Positions 51,234-64,000 of a stretch of DNA of 64,000 bases are shown here, one piece after another. Numbering within the stretch: position 1 is the stretch's first letter; each line of letters begins with the position of its first letter. The notes under the pieces are model-generated. The model searched no databases. It was given only the letters and a program-made list of their open reading frames with translations, and was not told the origin of the DNA. Source of the stretch: Leptogorgia sarmentosa (lineage: Eukaryota); contig OZ210886.1 in the NCBI GenBank assembly GCA_964658305.1, positions 682,001 to 746,000 of the forward strand. The letters are read 5' to 3'. The position numbers were made by a program, and so were the translations under genes.

Positions 51234-54200
51234 TCAACGTTTCTTTAAAAATCTATAAAAAGACGAACAAATTATACACGCAAACTTTTAACTACGAGAT
51301 AATATTTTAGATATATCCGTGTTTACCAAATGCACGTGTATTCCTCCCGAAATTAAAAAATTCTAATACTGTACCTTCGTTGTAAAAATTTAATGAGGAA
51401 GTTAACAATGAATGGCCAGAGTATTAGAAATACCATGGCCTTGGACGGTCTATAGTTTTCGAACCAAGACTAAATAACGAAAGATAATTTTGATGAGAGT
51501 TGCAGTACCCGTTTAACCGTCTCTCTAATTGACTAGCTATCATTCTCGCTGGGACACGTTAATGGGGGGGGGATGCCACAGAAAAAACCATAGCACCATC
51601 CAGCCAACGACCGCCTTTATAGGCTGGCCTTCCTCCCAACACAGCCGTTTTCGTAGTTACATACCAAATACAGTATTTAAGTAGACGTGATTATACTTAC
51701 GGTACTAGGACTTTGTTGTAATGATGTTTCCACTCTCTTTAGCCTTTCCAAAATCTTTTTCATATTCTCTTGAATTTCCATGAGAAGATCAGCAATCCTA
51801 TCAATAGCTGCGTCATCTCTTTCACTACTTGAATTATGTTCTGATCTCCCAGGACTTTCATCACTGTCACTTTCCTGGCTTCCTCTTCGATATCTCTGGC
51901 CATATCGAGTTCCAGGTCTGTCCGAATACTCAACTGCAAAAAACACGAAGCACAAAGTTTGTCATTTGGAAACGGAGGATGATTGATGGGGAAAGTGATT
52001 GATCTTTTGAGTAGGCGGGACTTCTTCTTAACTTGGGACTTCCCATGAAACATCGACACATTTGTCATACTCCCTACCATTTAACTACGCACATTGTACC
52101 CACCCAAGTAGTCAACACCACACCTACCATTTCTTTGTGCTTGTTTTCCACTTGAGCCAGTGGCTCTTAAAAGTCCTCTATTATCACCACCACCAGTTCC
52201 AAGTTTGTTAGGCCGTACCACGCATTCCTTAGTAGCATGTTCTTTTGAAACCTCCTGATGTGTAATGGTATCCTCATCTTGAGATGTGTTGAGATCTTCA
52301 AAGTGAACATGGACCATTTTATCGGAATGTGAACTACCGCTCTCACCCCCACTACCTCCATTTTTCTTTAAATCAAACTGTTCAAGAATTTCTACATCAG
52401 AAAAGCTAGAACAATTTCTATCATTCAACGGGACTATATCCTCGGGTACTGATTCCAACATTCCTGAAAAAAATTGTTCTCGACCGATCTGCGAAAATAG
52501 AAGAATAAAAATAATTCTAGAACCCTAAATTGAATTCAAGTCAGTTTCCTAACTATCCACATTCATAAAACTATGCTATTCAAATTTTTGTCGTAATACG
52601 ATGCATTTTAGCGGACATATTCTGACAAGAACATTGATCAAGTGACATTCATTTAGATTTGGAAGTGAATATTGTTATACAGTACCTGTTTTTCCATTAA
52701 TTCTGGTCCAAGAGAATCACAAAATAAGTCATCATCATCATCGTCATCTTCTTCGTTACCACCTTCATTACTATTGCTCTGATTAGTTTCGTTATTACTG
52801 TCAATCAACACAACTACATCAGAATGACTATTTAGAGCTTGGCTACTACTCGCATGACTCGTCACTATAACAAAAAGAATGCACAGTATTGTACTAAAAA
52901 TTAAACACAACTAAAAATGAACAGCATGTTCAACAATGCCAGTGCACATTTCTCATATCAGAAGTAAATATTCTACCATCTTCATCACATGGATCAGGTT
53001 TAACTTCATTCAATCCTCTATTTGTAGTTTCACCATTTGACTGCCCATCATGAATAATTATAGCATGTCCATTGATATTATGTAGTGCACTTGCATGGCT
53101 TGTATTCAAGATATCACCATTTTCTTTTATTGGACTAACATGTCCATTCATTTTGCTACTGGCTGTGATATGTTTTTTGTGGAATATATTAAATATTGGT
53201 GGAGCCCTCTCTTCCTGTACATAAGCCACTTTATAAAAGGGTTCAAGAGCTGTGATGAATTGTGATGCTTGATCTGTTTCAGGCATATTTCGAATAACCT
53301 GCAAAATTATATAAAAGCAACTCTAATAAATATCCATATACGATTGAAGGTTAATGCCATCCACAATAGAAATACTAACAACATCAAGACCCTGGGAACG
53401 AGGTTGACAATAAGATCCCAATGAATGATGAGCAGTTGTTCTACCAAGTGCTGCAATGGGGTTGCAATTTGTAATGTGGAAAACAATGTTTAATCCAACA
53501 AATGCTAAAAATTATGTTTGGGGATGATTGGATCAGCATCTGAGTTCAGAGGCATGTGGTACATGTATATCATTGTGCATGTACTTTCTGGAAAGCCATG
53601 ATGTCTCTGTACCTCTTTAAGTTCATACACATAACTTTCCATGGCTTCTTCTTTACTAATGTCACCAAGTTTTGACCAAGCTTCCCTAGGTTTCAAACAA
53701 AAATGTGACATTGTGTGCATTGAATAGGAACTTTACATACAGTATTAAGTACATATTCAGTGTAAGTACATTTTAAATATGAGTGCTAAATTTACAAAAA
53801 AAATACTTAAATGTATTATACTAAGTTCATGCTGTACAAATGCTTTAGAAATACAAACCACTTTGCTTTTTTAACTACATCCCAAAATGAAGGTTTAGCT
53901 TCTGTGCAAGGTCCTTCTTTTGCTTGTTTGTAATAACCATAAAACTAAAAAAACAAATCAAGCAAAGTAACTGAAGCAGCCAACACAGTTCATAATCATG
54001 TTTTACATAGCCTGGGGGCAGCCCCATGACATCGATCGATCGATGTATGTGTTAAATCTATGGGTTTTTTTTATATTTAGTTTTTCTTCTCAAATTAGTG
54101 CCCATATGATCCATATTTGTTTGTTTGCTAGTTATCTTTTGTCAAATTGAAAGAGACATCAACTATGAATGAAAATAGCACTAAAATTGAAATGATGAAC

Positions 54201-54686
54201 AAAGTCCAATGAAAACATAAAATTTGAAGTGTTACAGACTTGCAAGATTGAGTTAACACCTAATACTGGTTCTGTGATTGCCATTTCATATTATATAGTT
54301 CAGTAGTTACCAAAGCCCATTCATTACATATTAATGTAGCAAGAGTTATAATTACTAATATACATGAATGAAATAAAATTACTTAATTACATAATTTTAT
54401 AAGTTTGAATATACATGCACAGTATGGACTGCAGAATGAGTCCAAAATAGAAAACCTAAGCATGACAAATATGCCAGGCACAACCACTTAACTACGTTAC
54501 CTTTAACATCATTTCATGAGACGGTTGGAAAGAACCTACAATACAAAACGATTATATTAATTTGATATAAATTTCCCATTATAGTAAAAACAACATTTTT
54601 CGATAGTTTTAAATAAACTAACCAGATTTTGGCAATGATCGAATAACGTGAACTGCAGCATCAAATTTTCTCTGCGAATCCTCCAT
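51234..54686 (-). CDS. ACBD5: Acyl-CoA-binding domain protein 4/5 (tail-anchored peroxisomal)
   Basis: ACB domain [53 protein letters not shown]; FFAT-like DDDDLFCDSL (~52710-52750); coiled coil (51700-51800); C-terminal TM MVFLILWPFIVNFLI plus basic tail; about 10 exons. Confidence 0.92.
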
Positions 54687-55114
54687 GTTAACTTTGTTTT
54701 GATTAATATATATAGAGCCACTCTCTGTCCCCCTGGAAATATCTGATTTTTGTTGGTTTACGGGGGGGGACATTGGGGAGCATGACTTGTAAATTAACAA
54801 CCTCGGTCATGACCACAGTGACCCTGGGACCGAGGTTGGTAAATTAATTATGTGAAATCCACTGAGCTATATAGTAAACTGTATTAATTTTCATCGGTGA
54901 AATATTTGGCCAATGTGACCCCCGGAAATAAATCATTTAGAATGCTTTTCAGGGGAAATAATTTCACACTTCCGTCCCGGAAATTCGAATTATGGTGAAA
55001 TACGTATCCTTAGCTTCACTCACGCGGACAGTTTTAGTACAAAACGAAGATACAACCTGTGTTCAAATCACGCCAGTAATCCACCCTGAAAAGATTGTCT
55101 TGTTGTTGAAAAAG
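54687..55114. promoter_or_regulatory. Putative bidirectional promoter ACBD5/BZW
   Basis: Head-to-head genes; ETS-like CCGGAAAT at ~54922 and ~54977; CCAAT at ~54910; likely BZW 5'UTR donor AAG|GTATAT at 55114. Confidence 0.5.
54798..54838. mobile_element. 41-bp micro-element with 11-bp TIRs and 9-bp TSD
   Basis: gtaaattaa|CAACCTCGGTC...GACCGAGGTTG|gtaaattaa. Confidence 0.85.
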
Positions 55115-56318
55115 GTATATAATAATTTTGTATGCGTCAATCCATATTTGTGCGTTTCCCCTAGGCTTTTACAGGAATATTTTAGTGTCTATAGCTCAAA
55201 AAAACAAGACAAGTGTTAAAGTGGCAAATGGGTTTAGAGTACTTTGAACAAAACTGCTCTTGGTTAGGGAGAGATCTATTTTATTTTAATCTGTGTGACG
55301 GATCGAGTTATAAAGAATTATTATGTATCCTTTATTTATTCAAGTTAAGTTTCTTACCCACCTCGAAATAGATATTTTACTTATTAAATTTAGGCGCCTT
55401 GGGTTTGGTTCCTTAATTTCTTTAATCCTTTTGTCATCGATTTTTTCACTTTTTGCTAGTATAACCCTAAATTTCTGGTTTACATTACAGTTGTATTCAA
55501 TTATTGATATTTTAAGCTTTATTTGGACGCCAAATTGAGTGTTTTTGTAGAGTGATACGTTTTTGATGTCACAGCACTCTCAGTGAAATATCGAAATTAT
55601 TGTGTTGACTTGTTATATTAATTAAACAGCTGAACTGAAGATCTGTTTGTATTCTCAATCAGCTGCACTTCCACTTATCTTCTCAACTAACTTGTTTGTT
55701 GAAGCTTTGCTTATAAACATTGCTTTAGGTTGTTTTCTTATGAGCAAATATTATTTGATAACTGCCTTCCTCTGGAGCCCATATGTCCTAGTGGGGTAGG
55801 GGTAAATCTAGCCATGTATTCTTTCCATGGGGCCTGCAGAATGTAAGACCGTTGCAATTCGTATATAGGAGAGAAGGGAGCTGTCAAGTGTGTTTACAGA
55901 CCAACAGCCCATGCCCAGAACAAGACTTGGATTTAGTTTTAATAAATTTCTTCTTTACATTGACTAGAGAAATTAGGTTAAACATTTCAGCCTTTTCCAT
56001 CACCATTCTAGACTATATGTAACTGTTTTAACTGACCCTACCCACAACATACTCAACTAACACACATGTTGTAAACACTTTCTCGTCAGTGGAAGTGAAG
56101 TTTCTATATTTCTATAGTTTCTATAAACTTCATTTCCAACAATGAGAAACTGTTTACGACATACGCTTATTTAAGGCACGTTGACGCTCTGCAATTTGTC
56201 AACTTGATTCTTATTCTGGGGTATGAAAAACACCTCACCCTAGCAGAGTTATGAATACCAGATGATGATGTTTTTGTGCAGATCCTTGTGAATAAGAATT
56301 TTTTATTTAGATAATTGT

Positions 56319-59300
56319 ATGAATCAAAAGAATCCCAAACCAACTCTTGGAGGACAGCGGATCAAGACCCGCAAAAGAGGTAAAGCTCACAGTTTTTTGA
56401 AGTTTAAATCATAGTGTAAATTGTTCAGTTTAATACTAGCTTTTAGTACATTTAAAATGAATAAGAAATATGATTATTATTCATAATTAGTAAGTGTCAG
56501 TGGGACAGCTAATATGGTTCTTTTTGTTGCTTTCTGTTCTTCCTCCTGTGTACATTTTTTCTGTATGCAGTAAACTTTATAACATCAAATTAAATAATTT
56601 TACATTTAAATTTAGACGAAAAAGAAAAATACGATCCCATAGGATTTCGTGACGCTGTTATTACTGGCCTGGAAAACTGTGGAAATGATTTTGAAAATGT
56701 TAGTAAAATTTACACAATATCATAAAACATAGTCAATTGAGGCAATTTTGTTCATGGTTTTGTTCATTCAACACTTGTATGTTTTCTAAGGTATCAGCAT
56801 TCTTAGACAATCCAGGAAACAAGCTGAATTACCATGCCTATGGTGAACAGCTGTTTGAGATCCTCATTGCTGGTGGATTATTAGGTGAGTGCATCTCTTC
56901 CAAGCTATGTAGAACAAAGAAAATTTATTAGCTGCTTGCAATCATTTCAGGAATGCAGTAAGACAGGTGCCCACAATGGCAAAGTGGCCAGCCCTAACCC
57001 TAGCATTTGAATCCAGTGCTTGGCCATCCCTTAATTAGAAAGTGTGATATTTAATTTTTCACTAATCATATTTTTTTCTTCCAAAGCCCCTGGTGGCAGC
57101 ATTATTTTAGAAGGTGAGAAGACTAAAACTTCAATATGTGTGTTTGAAGCAAATGAAGACACAGAAACACTGAGGTCATATATGCAGGTATAGATCTTTG
57201 AAGTCTATAGACTGCAGACAATCCTATAGAAGAAGTAGTTTGACTTGAAATGCCCCCACGCTTAAGAATTTTTGCATTGTAGTTTGTACAACTGAGAGAA
57301 AATGTACTACATATATGAATGTTGTTCCATCCATTATTAGTTTGACAGGCCTGGTCCAATTGTGTATAAAATTATGGTTTTGTTGTTTTAGTTGTATCAG
57401 AAGCTTATTCGAAGGTTCAAATACCTTCAGAAAGCATTTGACGATGTCTTGGATAAGGTAGGTAGTGTACTGCATGTACACCATTTGCTATGTCTGATAT
57501 CATAGTCCAATACAGTTCTTAAGATACAGTTTTAAATTTTATAGATAATCGTTTTCATGAAAGGTTTTACTGAGGAGCAGCGTGCGAAACTTGCAACAGT
57601 TTATGCTATGGTCCTTGCAAACGGTAATTTTATAGTTCTTTGTGAAAATGATTGAAAAAGTACCACAAATGAACATTGTCCAGGTTATAAACAATGCCAA
57701 AGTAATAATCCAGTGTTACAATTTCTCCCACTACTATTGTGTAGGTATGACACAAGGAGTGTTTTTGTCAAAACTTAAGAATGAACATTTGGTTAAAGAA
57801 GGTAAAGATTGTCTGATCTTCGTGGTCGTATTGTCAAAAATATCTTGTCCAAACTAAGAAGCAACTTCTATTTGCCCGTAGTGGTTTCTACTTGCTCTGG
57901 GAACCTACATACCCTACAACCTCGTTCTCGGGCTCTTTTCTATTTAGTGACGAATGAAAAATTTCTTTTCAGGTCTGTCTCTTCAGTTTATAACAAGATT
58001 ATTTCAAGTGTGGTTGAAAGAAAAAAAAGATTCATCCAATATTATTAGCACTTTGAAAAAAAATGAAATGGATGATAAGCTATTGGTGAGTAAATAGAAA
58101 GTTTGATATGACTGCCTCCTTACTTTGCTCGGTTTGGTCGGTTAAACTCATCTGCGGAAGTTCGGTTCTCGAACAGTGGTGGTAAAATTTAGCGCATGTC
58201 ATTTATGTCCGAAAAATAAATTAGTATAGAAGTCTTAAATTCGCGTTTTCACCCCAGCAACACCTTACGGATATTTGAACCTGCGCAGTACATGTATTGC
58301 ACAGTCTAAGAATAGAACCGTATTGTAAGTGTGCCTGTGTGGTAGCGTATAGTGAAAAAAGCCTGGGAACAAAAACTCAGTGCATTTCTGCGCTAAATTG
58401 AGTGAAGAATAATCCATGTATGAAAGAGTACGTGAATGAATAAGTTTCGCATGGATTAAAATCCTTTCCTATAATCCACGAATTCTATGTTACATTTCGT
58501 CATTCAAAACTGCAGAAAACATGTTTCTTCATATTAAATTCATATTATTTCTATATAGGATTTTTTCCCTCCCAATAAAAGAACAATTGAGCAATTTGAA
58601 AAACACTTCGTTGCAGCTGGTCTGCCGAAGCTGGTCGAATTTCAGGTAACGGGGGGGTGGGGTTGTTTTTCCGTGTCATAGCTACGTAATGGTTTGTCTG
58701 TATGGTGTGTTACATGTCTTCTATGTTTCTCATAGAAAGCTCAACAGCACGTTGGATCAAAGAAAGAGTTCCAGTCTCAATTGTCGGAAATGATCGACGC
58801 TAAAACTCCTTTAAAAGAAGTAAGTTTTTATTCTTCTATGTATGTATTCATCAAAAATAGGTTGGCAAGGAATCTTTTGAAAAACTGAAAAACTCTAGTT
58901 TGGCCTCTTGGCCGTTGTCAATCATCTGTATTTCCCTTGCAGAAATTGTGGAAATGTCGTATGTATAATTTTAACAAATATTTTTTGTGTAGATCATCGC
59001 TAACTGCAATGAACAGAAAGAAAAAAGTAGCTTGACAGAAGAACAAGTAATAGTTCTGGTAAGAATCACGATCAAGTGAAGAATGATTTAACCTTCTTTT
59101 TTTTAATTTAACCTTCCATTTTGAAGACATGGAAAGCGATAATGTCTTCTGTTGAATGGAATAAAAAGGAAGACTTGGTAGCGGATCAAGCTCTTCGACA
59201 TTTGAAGGTAGTTTGTTTCAGATATAATTGTCATTATGCCAGGATTGTGTAACATGTAACATCGAAATTTGTTTTGCAATTTGAAAAAATAATATAATTA

Positions 59301-60207
59301 TTTTTTTATTGTATTTAGATATATGCCCCATTGCTTGCTGAATTTTCTACAAGCTCTTCATCAGAATTTATACTGATGGTCAAAATTCAGGTGAATTCAA
59401 CATAATGGAATTTATTTGTTCTTACTAATCAAATAACGCGATACAAATACAATAAGTATTCCAGTAATGTGACTAAACAGCTGTTTCAGTAGCAATGAAC
59501 AAAGGATAAGAAAAAAAAGTAATAACTAAAGGAGGAGACCCACTGTATTACCAGACTGTACCACAACATGTCCAGTATACATTTCAACCATGGTGTGGTT
59601 AACGACTAAATGTCATGATTTTCTATTACCAGGAATATTGTTATGATAATATGAATTTTATGAAAGTATTTCAAAAGATAATTCTTCTTTTGTACAAAAG
59701 TAAGTTTTGTAGCTTCTCATTAACAGTATTAATCTGCATCTGCATCTGGTACACAACGTTTGATTCACAACGTTTTGCGTGTTTAGCTGATGTCCTGAGT
59801 GAGGACACTGTACTAAAGTGGTACAAGGGAGGTCATGCTGCCAAAGGCAAAAGTGTTTTCTTGGAACAAATGAAGAAAATGGTTGAATGGCTTCAAAGTG
59901 CCGAGGAAGGTAATTCAATGAGTTTTCAAAATCTTATCTACACAATTGCTTGGTTGGTACTGAACACTTGGCCTGCAGATTTTACACCTAACCATTCGTT
60001 TCGGAAATTCATTATTTCATAAAATGAGAAACTTTATGATGGTTAGGTTACATGCATGCGCATCGCAAAAAAAAGCAACACCGAAATACGCAAAATATAG
60101 CTACGCGAAAACCACTTATGTCCGCCCATTCAATACGTTTTTCGAAACCAAAACTAATGGAGGTCCTGTTATGTGTTTTAGAAACGGACTCTGAAGACGA
60201 AGACTAA
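56319..60207 (+). CDS. BZW1: Basic leucine zipper and W2 domain protein (eIF5-mimic protein, 5MP)
   Basis: [66 protein letters not shown]2 end [30 protein letters not shown]. Likely a pro-orthologue of BZW1/BZW2. Confidence 0.96.
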
Positions 60208-60451
60208 GAAAACATCGATTTAAATATTAAATTTTTTTGTATAGAATCGTAAAAACGCAATAAAAATTTTAACATAATCTCTTGTTACTTTTGTCGGCAT
60301 TTACGTATTGTATCAACGCTAAGAGGACATCAAAACGCCAGGAAATATTGAATTAACGTTGGGCCAGATAATGCTGTGCCCATACCCTCCACCAGCACTG
60401 TTTATAGCAGAAAAGATTGCATGCATCACGGTTTTATGAGAGCAACATGAA

Positions 60452-60670
60452 CCAGCCTCGTACCCAGGCGCTTCTTAGCTTAGAGAGATTAGCAAGAATC
60501 CAGATAAATATATAAAGATCGGGCGAGAGCGCGCAAGGGTTCATGGGCAGGCGCGACGGACTTGTGAAGTCTGCCCATGAACCCTTGCGCGCTCGCGCCC
60601 GATCTCTATATATTTATCTGGATTCTTGATTAATCTCTTTAAGCTAAGAAGCGCCTGGGTACGAGGCTGG
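60452..60670. mobile_element. Palindromic MITE (~219 bp) with CAGCCTCGTACCCAGG termini
   Basis: ~97-bp near-perfect arms around a ~20-nt spacer; related solo ends at ~12832, ~53388 and ~57917; no clean TSD. Confidence 0.85.
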
Positions 60671-62536
60671 ACTTTGGAGGCTTATCTCATTAATAGAAAC
60701 ACTTGCCATCGACTCCCTACACTTCAAAAACATCACAATTACATTGAGGGAAAATTTCTTGATGCAAGGAAGAGAAAGTTGTACTGTGTACAGTGTTTGG
60801 GTGTTCTTATTGTTGTTCTTTTGCTTCACAAAAATTGTACTTTTACATGCTTGCTTCATGAAATACATGACTAAATGTACAATATTTGGAAGGCAAAACA
60901 TCAACGATAGAAACACAGGTACTGTATACAGTACAAACTTGTAGAATGAGGAGCAAAACCATGCACTTTCGATGTGACTTTTGTCAACTGGGTGTCAATC
61001 ATTTTCCTTGTTGTTTGACTGCTCGAGAAAAGTTTGTAGAAAGGCTTTAAAAACCAACCATTTCTGTGATTTTATATTTAATTCAAACTCCAATAGACTC
61101 CAGCTTCTTAGCGTGTATGAGATATTAACACTTGACTATTTTTTAAATTTTGTCTTTCAGCTAGCACAACAATATTGGTATCAGATATATTTTATTGCCG
61201 AAATATTCAAGTTCATACCTTGAGCGAAACGCCGGGCAATATTTAATGACCATATGGGACTATAAATGCCGTCACGAAACTTCCCTGCAAACATTTTTTC
61301 AAAACGTCCCTTAGATGACTTTATGACTTGTACTTATTAACTAATAATTCCATGACAATGCCTTTAAGAAACCCCCATGCGTGGGAACGCAGGGTTTCAC
61401 TATAAGGCGTGTGATATTGGTAGGCTCCTTGTGAATGCCATCAAAGAGTGTGTTGTTGCTATAGGTGCACTACTGTCGCTATTGCTAAATCCAACATTTT
61501 GGCTTCTTGAAAGAATAAGAATCAAAGTTCAAGTTCATTAAGGAACCACAAGTACCATTTGCATTTTACAATACGCCGAGATCTCTTGTGTTTTCATAGC
61601 CATTCTCGAGAAAATTTTAGCATTTTTATTGTGAAAAAAAACATAGATGTTATGCTAGACATGACCATTTCTAGAGTCCACTTAAAGTTGTGACATCAAT
61701 TTCAAGTAGTTAACGTTGTGAAAGTTTTGTCAAGAAGAGTAAAGTGTTTGAATGATAAACTTAGAACGCCTAAATTGGTCATTCAGTTTGAAATTTCCTG
61801 ACTTTTTCTCTAATGCTTGTGACGCGTACTGTTTGTGAAAGCAGCAAAGAGGAACAAATATATACGCTTTGGCATTGCGGTTACCTTTCATGAAAACGTG
61901 TCATACATTTTTTAAGCCACATATGCGCTTTTGAGAACATGACATAGTTATAAAGTTCCCGGTCAATACCCTATCGTATATTGTATAATTATCACAATGA
62001 CACAAGTACAGCGACATGAAATGCTGCGTGCACAGAGAATTAACACGCATATTGCATAGCATATATTTGCACCACTTGTTTGGTTAAATGTGCCTGTCAA
62101 GAAAAGATATTACTTCACTCTTTGTTCCCGATTCACAACTCAAACCACTGAGGATTGCAAGGAATTCTTAAAAATCTGTGTTTCAATCCACGAAAGACTG
62201 TGTGAAGGTTAGATTATATAGCCATATGTATTTTCTTAGATAATGTGCCTGTGGGTTTTGTAGGTAAGTTTGTCCTTTCCTTGTATACGAAGTACTCTAT
62301 TTGTAATTTGTAAATCGCCTACGCCGGTGTCAATGATCATCTTGTGATTTGGTTTGGGAAAGCACAGAAACGGAATTTTATCGGAGGAATATTTTAGTCA
62401 GTGAAATGTGTATATTGCTGTGTTAACAAACTTCAATATGTGGCCAGCATAGGTAGTGGATAACAAAATCACCAAGCAGTGAAAGTACTTGTCACTTCCT
62501 AAATGACACACACAGATTCGACGTTTTGAGCGACGG

Positions 62537-62603
62537 GAATTATTGTGATTCAACCGGTAAAGATTTTTTTTACTTTTTCTGGAATTATTGTGATTCAACC
62601 GGT
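62537..62603. repeat. 23-bp direct duplication
   Basis: ggaattattgtgattcaaccggt occurs twice. Confidence 0.8.
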
Positions 62604-63099
62604 GAACAAAAAATAATATGCGATTTGATTCTATGCATGCTGTATAGTGAAACATAGAAAAGTGAAGTAAAGCAGCATAATTCTGTTGAAGGTACAATAT
62701 ATAAATAATGAAAATAGTTTGGTTCCGATGGCTCAGAGATTTTCCTACTTTTTAGGCCCTACTAAAAAATTGGGAACTTTTACATTTCCACTAATTTGAT
62801 CAGTTTGGGGGCAAGATGAAAATTCAGTTAGATTTACATTGTGAAAAATTAAGATGTCCCAATTGCCCCCTGCAGTGCGACATAATTACATCATCGAGAT
62901 ATGAACATCAATCTCTGAAAATATGAGACCTTTGGTATGATGTAATAACGGATTCTCTCTGTAGAAGTGGAAGCCGAAGAACTTGGCATAACAAATAATG
63001 TATCATGTAACGATGCTGATTTAGAAACTTACACTTTATTTTTAATTCAACATAGGAAGATTTTAGCATCTATTTGCGACATTCTGAACGGACTATAAA

Positions 63100-63714
63100 A
63101 TGGATAATCCAGAATTTGATCTTGATGACGAAGATATGACGAATCAAAGATTTGATGTGATACAGGTCAGAATTAATATTTGAGTTAGCATTAAAATTAG
63201 GATACAGTTAATTTAAGGATCAGTTATGAACACTAAACATATTCATTTAAACTTTTTACAATTATTATGATGAAGGTTTGATCACTTTGATGTGCTATAT
63301 AGTCAGGCGCCTATAAATAACTACTAATTTTAACACTATAGTACTTTCCAATAGTAGTATATGAACATGGTAAAATAGTGTTTAGAATTTAGAACAGATA
63401 CAATCAAATGATAAGCACAAGATTGGTAATTCGAAAATTAACCGCTATAGGTTGCAGGAAAAACAGAAGCAAGAAGATTCACATCAGAGAGCGAAGACCC
63501 CGGAAATGAAGCTCCAAGCACAGCGGAGAACACCATTGGTTATACCAGCACAAACGAAGCAGTTCCCATGACAGTGTTTTATCGAAATGATTCGTCTAAA
63601 AGACATTTACCAGGAGGAAAGAATTCCATGAAATCTCGACCAACCTTAGATCAACTGAGGAAAAACTTTGAAAAAGACGGAAATATTACCAGTGACACTG
63701 AAACACATGCTCAG
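63100..63714 (+). CDS. SLC12A: 5' exons of a cation-chloride cotransporter (SLC12A1/2/3, NKCC/NCC-like); continues beyond the window
   Basis: Exon 63100-63165 has the RFDV (RFxV SPAK/OSR1-docking) motif; exon 63451-63714 reads NTIGY..EAVP..FYRN...RPTLDQL, typical of the NKCC N-terminal regulatory region. Confidence 0.8.
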
Positions 63715-64000
63715 GTGAATGTATCTAATTAACGGACCGGATTTGACTGCAGTTTTTTTGTCACCGTCCACCACAATCACTGACAGCGTTTGATTCACTG
63801 TACGTAAGAAGATTACTTAGTGACAATTTTCTAAAAGAAACAAAGCAACGTCATTGTTTTAAATACACCGCAATTGGAAAAATGAGCGAATAACCATAAT
63901 TGTTTTTAGGAGATTAAAAATTCAAGATTGCAAACAGCTCAAGTTTTAAACGTTCTTTCAAATTAGTTACAAAACGTCTTTGTATAAACTTTGTTGCCAT

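Noticed and set aside
55004..55333. GTATCCTT motifs as U12 donors in the BZW 5' region
   Set aside because: No matching U12 branch point at the 56310 acceptor; exon context unsupported.
55784..55925. U17/snR30 snoRNA
   Set aside because: A short resemblance to recalled U17 sequence, but the invariant m1 (ATATTCCTA) and m2 (AAACCAT) motifs are absent.
58154..58490. Intron-embedded RNase P RNA or telomerase RNA
   Set aside because: GGAAGTTCGG resembles RNase P CR-I but there is no convincing CR-V/P4 partner; no CTAACCC template in this intron. Kept only as an unassigned structured candidate.

Overview
AT-rich, intron-rich animal genomic DNA; gene content and repeat style suggest a cnidarian or similar marine invertebrate (inference). 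Genes in order: SLC30A/ZnT zinc transporter (-, runs off the left edge), synaptotagmin-like gene A (TM+C2A+C2B, +), an orphan multi-pass membrane ORF (-), synaptotagmin-like gene B (TM + apparently one C2, +), BAZ2/Toutatis (+), PHF14 (+), an intronless ParB/Srx-like + C2H2 zinc-finger gene (+), SPO16/C1orf146 (+), ACBD5 (-), BZW/5MP (+) and the first exons of an SLC12A (NKCC/NCC-type) gene (+). Many non-autonomous DNA elements lie between and within genes. Main highlight: four sequence-divergent repeat families share one architecture: a TTATTAT terminus, a CTGATTGG box, an asymmetric internal inverted copy of the terminus, then a terminal hairpin. In the three families with intact hairpins, most mismatches are tandem GA:GA pairs capped by a GNA triloop on one specific strand, suggesting a folded single-stranded DNA intermediate. 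Other highlights: the ParB-like gene, a U12-type intron plus HhH-like tail in SPO16, a P-like foldback with a 7-bp TSD, and a 41-bp micro-transposon with a 9-bp TSD. Exon boundaries were read by eye and may be off by a few bases; family assignments are from memory, not database searches.
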